Positions 55,526-62,768 of a DNA stretch of 62,768 bases are shown one piece after another. This DNA is from a virus (taxonomy: Duplodnaviria; Caudoviricetes): IMG/VR virus record IMGVR_UViG_3300027852_000042, positions 1-62,768 of that record; one strand, given 5' to 3'. Under the pieces are notes generated by a model. It ran no database searches, was not told where the DNA came from, and was given only the letters and a program-made list of their open reading frames with translations. The translations under genes were made by a program, and so were the position numbers. Each line of letters begins with the position of its first letter. Position 1 is the stretch's first letter.

Positions 55526-55990
55526 ATGTATGGAACCGAAAATATAAGGGTGGAGATATTCCAGGATGAGACCAACGGCGTTGACGCTGTTCACGCTCTT
55601 GAGGTTGCGGCTGCCGACTTGGGACCTGTCTTCGATGTTGTTGAGCCCATCACGGTTACTCGTTTTGGGATTATGCCCACCGTAACCTTTGCTTATGATA
55701 CCCAAACCGCAGAGGGGGAGGTTACGCTTGATCGAAGGGTTGCCTATGGTAGTGATACCGGAAGGGTTGAACTCGCAAGAGTTAAGTCCGCAGATGCCAC
55801 TCCTGCTGGTACTACGATCAAAAAAGACTTCAACGGCATTGATTGTGATGTGGGAGATCAGCTTTTACTGGAGGCTGCGGTTGCGGCTACTGGTGGCGGT
55901 GCTATTGCCGGTGATTTTAAGGCATACTTCTGTTGGAAGCCAAGGCCTGAAACAACTGGGAACCAGGCAGAGCAAACCGATACACTTTAA
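55526..55990 (+). CDS. Putative capsid decoration protein
   Basis: Ala/Gly/Thr-rich beta protein after the capsid gene and before a terminator; AGGAGG RBS. Confidence 0.55.
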   Translation: MYGTENIRVEIFQDETNGVDAVHALEVAAADLGPVFDVVEPITVTRFGIMPTVTFAYDTQTAEGEVTLDRRVAYGSDTGRVELARVKSADATPAGTTIKKDFNGIDCDVGDQLLLEAAVAATGGGAIAGDFKAYFCWKPRPETTGNQAEQTDTL

Positions 55991-55997
55991 CCGGTTT

Positions 55998-56027
55998 AAA
56001 AAAGGGGGGGGTAAGCTCCCCCTTTTT
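55998..56027 (+). terminator. Intrinsic terminator after the capsid genes
   Basis: aaaaagggggggg-taag-ctcccccttttt. Confidence 0.75.
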
Positions 56028-56043
56028 GCTTTAAGAAGGAGAT

Positions 56044-56487
56044 TTGTATATGCAGAAAATTTTTACAAAAAACAGGGGGTCATTTGATTTTCATCAAACG
56101 TGGATAAAAGAAGGGGGTAGACACCTTGGGTTGCTTTGTTCTGGTGGATACTTAATGACTAGCGGGCTGCCCATTCCGAACGAATCTTTTTTGAAAGATG
56201 TTATTCCTGAAGGGAAAGATCTTACTGCGGCCCTCAAGTGGTGGAAAAACAAGGATGATCCAAATACAAAAAAGAAGTCTATAAAAGTTAGCCCGGACAA
56301 TACCTATAGTTTTAATGACGGTTCGCCTATAGAGACCGTCACAGATCTTATAGAGAATATGCCATCGGGTCCAACCCTTGATGCCGCCCTAAGATGGTGG
56401 GCCAAGAAACAAGAACAAGAAGAGTTTGAGGCAATGAAAGCCAAAGCTAAGAGTGCTAAGGAGAATAGGAAACCGGTAAAAATATAG
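56044..56487 (+). CDS. Hypothetical protein with internal duplication
   Basis: G.PI.....L....P.G..L.AAL.WW occurs twice. Confidence 0.6.
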   Translation: MYMQKIFTKNRGSFDFHQTWIKEGGRHLGLLCSGGYLMTSGLPIPNESFLKDVIPEGKDLTAALKWWKNKDDPNTKKKSIKVSPDNTYSFNDGSPIETVTDLIENMPSGPTLDAALRWWAKKQEQEEFEAMKAKAKSAKENRKPVKI

Positions 56488-56499
56488 TGAGGGAGTAAG

Positions 56500-56886
56500 A
56501 TGTCTAAATGGCAAAACGATTTAATGCTTGATGCCGCGCTTGATTATGTTGCTGACGCCGATTTAATGACAGTGTGTACAAGTCAACCTACTTCATATGC
56601 TGAGGCTACCACCAACGTTGGATCTGGTGGGTATAAACTCGCTGATGTTGCATTAGTAGGGGGGGACTTTACTAAGGCAGATGGAGATGTTAGCGGAAGA
56701 AAACTAACTATCGGAGAGAAGGCAAGTGTTGATGTGGATGTAACTGGCTCTGCCCAACATGTCGCCCTGGTTACAATTGGAACCACTACCCTTCGATATG
56801 TTACAACCAAAGCGACTGAAACAATAAACTCTGGTACGCAGATAACTATTCCTGCGTGGGATATTGAACTCAGGGATTCAGCTTAA
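56500..56886 (+). CDS. Putative virion structural protein
   Basis: D..LD.AL, VC..QPT.Y.EA, GD.SGRK.T, G.A.HVAL motifs. Confidence 0.65.
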   Translation: MSKWQNDLMLDAALDYVADADLMTVCTSQPTSYAEATTNVGSGGYKLADVALVGGDFTKADGDVSGRKLTIGEKASVDVDVTGSAQHVALVTIGTTTLRYVTTKATETINSGTQITIPAWDIELRDSA

Positions 56887-56889
56887 ATC

Positions 56890-59667
56890 ATGCTTATTTC
56901 TAACGGTAGCATACTTAATGAGAAGTGTTACAACATAGCGTTAGCTAAACCTAACGTCTATGAAGATAGCTGTGGTGTTACACCACAACAGTCAAATTGT
57001 TCCGTATTTAGCGAAAATGGTTTAGGGCTTTCTGACTGGACTGATGCTGGTTCAGGAGATGGCGTAGTTTCTGAAGTAGAGTACGTTAATAAGAAAAGGT
57101 TTAAGTTTGATTCTGGTAGTGGTTCTGGTAACAATGCTTGGGTAACACAAGATGTTGGAAGCTTTGGTAACAGAGTAGTAGCTACAATTAAGCTAAACAG
57201 TTCTCTTTTGGGTCTTAAAGCCGATAATAATCATTTTTCTTTTGTAGTTGAAAGGGCAGGTGTTAGACTAGTTTTAGGTTTTGCCAGTGATGGTTTATTT
57301 ATTTATGTTACAGGGTATACTGAAGTGGGAACTAACTTGGTAAGTTTGGATACAGATCAAGTATGGACGTTTGATTGCGACTTTACCACGCCTGCAACTG
57401 CTTCTTGCGATATATACTTGAACGGGGTCTTACAAGCGTCTTCGGTGGACTGTAGTTCTACGGGTACATACACCGAAGGTAAAGTTTCAATGATCCAACA
57501 AGGTGAATCAATATCAAACTGTGTTACTTATGTTGACAGTATTGAAATCGGTGATGACTTAATTACAGATGGCATCGACACTTGGGTTGATACCGATAAC
57601 GGAACTGGCGCAGAAAGTTCTCAAGCAGTATTTCAGGGAGACAGTTGGTTTAAGTTAGATAGTGGTGTTCAATCAGGTAGTAATTATGCGCGGATAGAAA
57701 GAGATATTGGTTCTTTCGATGAGGATAGAATTGTCCTTGGTCTTGATACTTATTTCGAAGCTTTAGGGATTAGAGGCGATACCGACCTGCATCAATGTCT
57801 TTTACAAAAAGATGATGTACAAATACTTATACAATTCGCTACAGATGGGTTGTTTGTATATGATGGGGCAGCTTACAATGAAGCCGGAACAGATTTAGTT
57901 GAAGTCGGGGAGGAACAGTCCTGGACTTTTGATATTACAGTTACAACACCTGCTAGTGCTACGATGGATATTATGCTTAATGGTGTTGTGGTGGCAACGG
58001 GGATTGATTGTAGTTATGATACCGGGGGCACAGAAGGGTTTATACAGTTTACCCAACATGGCTACACCACAGCCAACAGAATAACCTATGTTAAAAACAT
58101 TAGCATCGGTGATAAGTTTCTATGGAATGATGATGATACTGGTACTGGTGTAAGCTCACAGGCAACACATTTAACTAAATCACGTTTCAAGTTCACTAAT
58201 GCTGGAAGTACTGGAAGTTCAAATACGCCTACTAGGACAATTTATTTTGATGAAGATTTAGGAGACAGGATAGTATTTTCTGTTGCCCTAAATTTTGATT
58301 TAATCGGTACTTATGTAAGCGGCGATACACCTTATTTATATTTAGCTCGTACCGATGTGTGTTTACATGTAGAATTTTCTACTAATGGTATATACGTTCA
58401 CGATGGGGCCGATTTTCAAAATATCATAAACTTGGCTGTTTTAGATACAGATCAAGTCTATACTTTTGATTGTGATTTTAGCACCCCAGCTTCGGCTAGT
58501 TGCGATATTTATTTAGATGGTGTACTAAAAATAGCGGGTGTTGACTGTAGCCATACTGGAACGTTTAACCAACGTCTGCTGCTTGGTTTTTACGAAACAA
58601 CTACAGCAGATCAAGTATTTTATGTAAACAATCTGCAAGTTGGGGATAATTTGGTTCAAACTAATGCTAATTACGAAGATTTCCTGGCTGATTATACGGA
58701 AACCGACCCAAATTCCCATATAACAGTAGAACAATTCCAAAATACAGTAGCCGCCTTAGCAAGAAATGAAGATGCTTACGTACATAAAGATTTTGGGGCC
58801 GGGCATTTCGCCGGTGACTTTAGAATCAGAACTGCTATTAGAGTTACAGCACATAGTGATAATGGAGAGGTCGTTGTACTTGGCCTTGCAAACACGGTTA
58901 ATGATTGGAGGGGCAATCAGGCAGCCAACGAGCCTCAACTATTACTTAAGCTGGATTATGCAACATCCACCTATCGAATCCAAATTCATGAAACGGATAG
59001 CGGGACACTTTACAGCGATACTTATAATTGCGTCCAAGGTAAAACTTATTATATAGAATTTGTACGATCTATTACCGAGGCTACACATGGAAAGCTATAC
59101 GCTTTCATCTACGAGGACGAGGATTACACGCTATGGCTTTATACCCTTGAGTTAGATTTACATGCAGATATTGATTTTAAGTGTCTCTTTCCTGTGCAAT
59201 CTGGAAACGACAGTGAAACCCATAATATTTCTGGCTGGGCCAAAAACCTTGAGTTAGTTTCTTATGAAGAAGGAGAAGCAGTTTTTACGGTTAACGACAC
59301 ATACCACGTTCACATAGCCGATGAAATTCAAGCTTTTCTCGGTGGTTTTACGGTAAATAGCTCTTATCATGAACATATAGTTGACCAACTTCAATGGTTC
59401 GGTAAAACTATTTCGTTGAACGATGCTTACCATGAACACTTCGCCGATGAGGTCACAGCCTTTATAGCTACCTTGTTGCTCGATAGTGCTTACCATGAAC
59501 ACTTCGCCGATAAAATAACAATACCATTTTATCCTACAGAGTATGTTACGTGGTGTAGAACTTGTAGTTTAGTTTATAGGCCTGACAATAGAATTTATAA
59601 TTCTCCTGAAGAAACTTGTCCTAGGTGTCATAATCTTATACAGAGGCCACTAGATGAATCTCAGTAA
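56890..59667 (+). CDS. Large repetitive tail/receptor-binding protein
   Basis: Three ~180-aa beta-sandwich-like repeats (F..DG.F.Y...WTFD.D.TTPA.A..DI.LNGV...DCS), four YHxH repeats and a C-terminal CxxC/CxxC. Confidence 0.7.
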   Translation: MLISNGSILNEKCYNIALAKPNVYEDSCGVTPQQSNCSVFSENGLGLSDWTDAGSGDGVVSEVEYVNKKRFKFDSGSGSGNNAWVTQDVGSFGNRVVATIKLNSSLLGLKADNNHFSFVVERAGVRLVLGFASDGLFIYVTGYTEVGTNLVSLDTDQVWTFDCDFTTPATASCDIYLNGVLQASSVDCSSTGTYTEGKVSMIQQGESISNCVTYVDSIEIGDDLITDGIDTWVDTDNGTGAESSQAVFQGDSWFKLDSGVQSGSNYARIERDIGSFDEDRIVLGLDTYFEALGIRGDTDLHQCLLQKDDVQILIQFATDGLFVYDGAAYNEAGTDLVEVGEEQSWTFDITVTTPASATMDIMLNGVVVATGIDCSYDTGGTEGFIQFTQHGYTTANRITYVKNISIGDKFLWNDDDTGTGVSSQATHLTKSRFKFTNAGSTGSSNTPTRTIYFDEDLGDRIVFSVALNFDLIGTYVSGDTPYLYLARTDVCLHVEFSTNGIYVHDGADFQNIINLAVLDTDQVYTFDCDFSTPASASCDIYLDGVLKIAGVDCSHTGTFNQRLLLGFYETTTADQVFYVNNLQVGDNLVQTNANYEDFLADYTETDPNSHITVEQFQNTVAALARNEDAYVHKDFGAGHFAGDFRIRTAIRVTAHSDNGEVVVLGLANTVNDWRGNQAANEPQLLLKLDYATSTYRIQIHETDSGTLYSDTYNCVQGKTYYIEFVRSITEATHGKLYAFIYEDEDYTLWLYTLELDLHADIDFKCLFPVQSGNDSETHNISGWAKNLELVSYEEGEAVFTVNDTYHVHIADEIQAFLGGFTVNSSYHEHIVDQLQWFGKTISLNDAYHEHFADEVTAFIATLLLDSAYHEHFADKITIPFYPTEYVTWCRTCSLVYRPDNRIYNSPEETCPRCHNLIQRPLDESQ

Positions 59668-60505
59668 TTTAGAGGAAGAGTTGGATATAATCATTAACAA
59701 CACTGTCTTTGAGGCTAATTTTGGTAGATGGCTAAACAATGCTGTCTTGGAAATAGCAAACGATTTTGAGCTTCCAGATCTTCGCTTAAAGAGGCCTGTT
59801 GAGTTTAATGTTCTCGAAACCGAGTGGCTTTATATCCTACCAACACTTAATGATGATTGGGTATTGGATAGATCATACGTAGTTGGTGGTAGGGTTGATA
59901 GCGGAGAAGATGTCTGTGTTTGCATATTGGCTCATACTGCAACGGCAGATGATGAACCCGGGACCGGGGTTAATTGGGAAACTTATTGGAGGCTTGAGAT
60001 AGGTGGTACAAGTGGATATCAGAAGAAGGTGTTTAAATGTAGGGATAGCGCGGGGGCCAAGGTTATAATTCATACAAACTTTGACTACATCGATCAGTTG
60101 GATTATGATCATAGCGAAACCGGTGATCACGTTCTTCGTCTTGGAGTTGAGGGAAATTCCTTTGCTGTTTACCCTATGGCCGAAGAGTCAATTTATCTCT
60201 GGTTTTACAGAAAGCCAGTCCCCATGGTAGAAGTGTATGATATTCCAGATGGAGTTCCTGAAGAGTTTCATAGGAGAGTTATTCTTCCAAAGGTAGTTTT
60301 GCAGAACTTTGAGATTATCGAGAATATAGCAGAGGGGACACTTTCTCAGTCTTTGGCATACTGGAGCGGTAAATATCACGAGGGTCTGTATGGTAGTTCT
60401 GGTGGCGATCTTGGTATGATTCATAGCATTGCAAAAAGTAAACCACCCAGAAAGCATGGTGGGTATCAATCTATAGGGGGGAACAGAAGACGTGGCTGGT
60501 CTTGA
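59654..60505 (+). CDS. Head-tail adaptor (tail tubular A-like) with an inserted CBM-like module
   Basis: WLN.A..EI, Y.LP, .YP.......Y.KP..M....D.P..VPEEFH. Confidence 0.7.
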   Translation: MNLSNLEEELDIIINNTVFEANFGRWLNNAVLEIANDFELPDLRLKRPVEFNVLETEWLYILPTLNDDWVLDRSYVVGGRVDSGEDVCVCILAHTATADDEPGTGVNWETYWRLEIGGTSGYQKKVFKCRDSAGAKVIIHTNFDYIDQLDYDHSETGDHVLRLGVEGNSFAVYPMAEESIYLWFYRKPVPMVEVYDIPDGVPEEFHRRVILPKVVLQNFEIIENIAEGTLSQSLAYWSGKYHEGLYGSSGGDLGMIHSIAKSKPPRKHGGYQSIGGNRRRGWS

Positions 60506-61400
60506 AGATATTGATGCATCAAATCCACATGGTAGTGAATCTCCAACACAGGGAGACAATAGGATTCGAGAACTGGCAAGTAAACTCTTAGAATCATTTG
60601 GGGTAGAACACCATCTTGCCGGGGAACATTCTTTTAGTGTGGGTAGTTTAGGGGAAAGGCCATCTGCTGGGCATGAAGGTAGGTTTTACATCCAGACAAG
60701 TGGTGTTGTTGAGACTGAATTGTATTATGATGATGGGGCTGATTGGATCCAACTTACCAGTAATCAGTCCTTGGCAGATTTACTGGATGCTATGGGTGGA
60801 GGGGGTGGTGATCTTTTATCTATACATAAGGCCGCTAATCCAATAGACCATCCAAGCAATAGTGTTCGATATAATCACATTGAAGCTGGTGCAATTGTTA
60901 AAAAGCACTTAGATGGTAGCTTGGACGTTGATCCTATTGCCGAATTGGTTGATGGTAGTGATATAACAGATACATTCCATAGTCACTCGCAATATGAAGC
61001 GTCTTCTACCATCCCAGATGGAAGCATTGCACCGATTAAGATGACCGATACTATAGTTGGTGATGTTATTATTGGGTCTGCCCCAACTACAGTATTGGTT
61101 ACAGAAACAAGTTATGCGAAAATTAAGGAAATAAAAATACTTAGACCTGGAAATATTAGAGTAAGGTGGGCTGTTGAAATTCCTATTGGTGGAACCGTTT
61201 ATACCCAAGTATATAAAAATGGATTCCCACAAGGGTCTGAACATAGTTCTTCTGTAGATGCTATTTTCTACGAAGATATTAGTGCTGTGGAAAACGATTT
61301 AATTCAGCTATATGCAAAGAAGACTGGTTCTGACAATAATTACATAAAGGATTTCAATATTTGCTGTGACTGGGCTTGTGAAACACTTTTAGATTCATAA
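60492..61400 (+). CDS. Putative tail fibre protein
   Basis: P...E.P..GD.RIRE.....E.F..EH N-terminal anchor; HSH motif; beta-rich tip. Confidence 0.6.
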   Translation: MAGLEDIDASNPHGSESPTQGDNRIRELASKLLESFGVEHHLAGEHSFSVGSLGERPSAGHEGRFYIQTSGVVETELYYDDGADWIQLTSNQSLADLLDAMGGGGGDLLSIHKAANPIDHPSNSVRYNHIEAGAIVKKHLDGSLDVDPIAELVDGSDITDTFHSHSQYEASSTIPDGSIAPIKMTDTIVGDVIIGSAPTTVLVTETSYAKIKEIKILRPGNIRVRWAVEIPIGGTVYTQVYKNGFPQGSEHSSSVDAIFYEDISAVENDLIQLYAKKTGSDNNYIKDFNICCDWACETLLDS

Positions 61401-61406
61401 GGATAA

Positions 61407-62768
61407 ATGATGTTAATAGAATCTGCTGGATATTTAGGTGATGTTGCCGAAAATGCTACCATTACTTTCTTCTGGAACACAAAAGGTGCTGATGGTGCCA
61501 GTATCACTAGGTCTACAGACGGATCTATCTCTGTCTATAAAGACGATAGCGATACGGAAATTACTGCTGGAATTACAGATGACGAAGACGCTGATGGTAA
61601 AACCGGAGTGCATAGGTGCGTAATTGTTTTAACTGATGCTGCTTATTCTATTGGATCTGATTACAATGTTGTACTGGGTGGGTCTGTTGTTGATACTAAA
61701 ACTGTTAACGCACCTATCGCTTCGTTTAGTATCCAAAATCGCTATCAACCTTTTACGCTTACTCAAATACGAACTCAGGTTGATGACGGATTAGTAGCCA
61801 TACACCTTGATCACCTATTATTGGCCTCAACTGTAAGCGATGCTACCCCCGGTGCCAGCGTTTTCGAAACAGCCTTAACTGAAATTTCAAACGATCACTA
61901 CAACGACTCTATTATTTTTTTTATTTCCGGAAATCTCGCTAATCAAGGTAGGCGCATTTCAGATTATGTTGGATCTTCAAAAGAGATTACGGTATCTCCT
62001 AGTTTTACGGAAGCACCTGGGGATGGAGATGCTTTTTTGATTATGACTTCAATCTATCTTAAGGACCCAGCCATTGATGGTATCGATAGTAGGACAGAAC
62101 ATATAGATCATCTATTTATATCTTCAACGGTAAACGATGTAACCCCAGCGACAGATAGTTTTGATACTAATCTAACCGAAGCATCGGATGACCATCATAA
62201 CGATTCAATTATTTTCTTTGTTGGGGCAAGCCCTCTAGCAAACCAAGCCAGGAGAATAAGCGATTATATTGGGTCAAGTAAAAACATTACTGTAACTCCA
62301 CCATTTACAGAGGCTCCTGCTAACGGCGATGAGTTTTTGATCTGCCCTGCTTTTTATCTGAAAGATTTACTTATAGATGGGGTCAACTCAAGGACATCGG
62401 ATATAGATCACTTGTTTTTATCTGCTGAAGTCGATGATGTTAGCGCGTCTACCACTGTCTTCATTACTGATCTAACCGAAGCATCGGATGATCACTACAA
62501 CGACTCTATTCTCTTTTTTGTTTCCGGGAATCTCGCTAATCAAGGTAGGAGAATACTTGACTATGATGGAACAACCAAGACAGTTACACTGGCAACTGCA
62601 TTGACCGAAGCCCCTGCTAACGGTGACGAGTTCCTAGTTGTACCAGCCATATTTTTAAGAGATACCCAGATTGAAGACATTAAGGAAAGAACGGATAGAC
62701 TCCAGTACGATAGTTCTGATTATGTTAGAAGTGTTCAAGTCTATCCTACCGGTGTTGTAGTTGCTGGT
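61407..62768 (+). CDS. Repeat-containing virion protein (about 524 aa, continues at 128..340)
   Basis: Open from ATG 61407 to the window end; ~100-aa repeats LTE.SDDHYNDSI.FF.SGNLANQGRRI.DY.G..K..T....TEAP..GD.FL. Confidence 0.85.
   Translation, partial: MMLIESAGYLGDVAENATITFFWNTKGADGASITRSTDGSISVYKDDSDTEITAGITDDEDADGKTGVHRCVIVLTDAAYSIGSDYNVVLGGSVVDTKTVNAPIASFSIQNRYQPFTLTQIRTQVDDGLVAIHLDHLLLASTVSDATPGASVFETALTEISNDHYNDSIIFFISGNLANQGRRISDYVGSSKEITVSPSFTEAPGDGDAFLIMTSIYLKDPAIDGIDSRTEHIDHLFISSTVNDVTPATDSFDTNLTEASDDHHNDSIIFFVGASPLANQARRISDYIGSSKNITVTPPFTEAPANGDEFLICPAFYLKDLLIDGVNSRTSDIDHLFLSAEVDDVSASTTVFITDLTEASDDHYNDSILFFVSGNLANQGRRILDYDGTTKTVTLATALTEAPANGDEFLVVPAIFLRDTQIEDIKERTDRLQYDSSDYVRSVQVYPTGVVVAG
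62643..62768. repeat. Terminal overlap, copy 2
   Basis: Identical to 2..127. Confidence 0.95.

Noticed and set aside
410-61244. Numerous short antisense or alternate-frame ORFs in the track (e.g. 5699..6184, 22530..23129, 54179..54874)
   Set aside because: Shadows of longer, motif-bearing genes in tightly coupled operons
61800-62640. Diversity-generating retroelement TR/VR pair
   Set aside because: No reverse transcriptase in the genome; the repeats are in-frame protein domains and the differences are not adenine-specific
1-62768. tRNA genes or stop-codon reassignment
   Set aside because: No cloverleaf recognised by eye, and genes are full length in the standard code using all three stops; tRNAscan was not run

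Overview
The window is an apparently complete, circularly assembled ~62.6 kb tailed-phage genome. Bases 2-127 equal 62643-62768, and one structural gene runs across that join. It looks like a podovirus: terminase (with an intein), portal, scaffold, major capsid, adaptor, tail-tube/nozzle and several fibre/spike-like genes, a duplicated pair of pilot-like genes and a 2460-aa giant protein, with no tape measure, sheath, DNA polymerase, RNA polymerase or integrase recognisable. The + strand also carries a nuclease/Bet recombination block, a lambda-O-like initiator with internal iterons, a DnaB-like helicase, dUTPase, thymidylate synthase, a RuvC-like resolvase and an M15 peptidase endolysin. A leftward early operon (23.6-33.2 kb) and a ~3 kb control region with sigma70 and sigma54 promoter matches separate the arms. 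The main candidates for new biology are (1) a variant GGDEF (diguanylate-cyclase-like, RFHGDEF) domain inside the giant, probably virion-ejected protein and (2) a phage-borne Ycf46-like AAA+ / DUF1257 / DUF2997 / DUF3150-like module. An anaerobic deltaproteobacterial (Desulfobacterota-like) host is a weak inference. All family calls come from motif recognition by eye; no searches were run.
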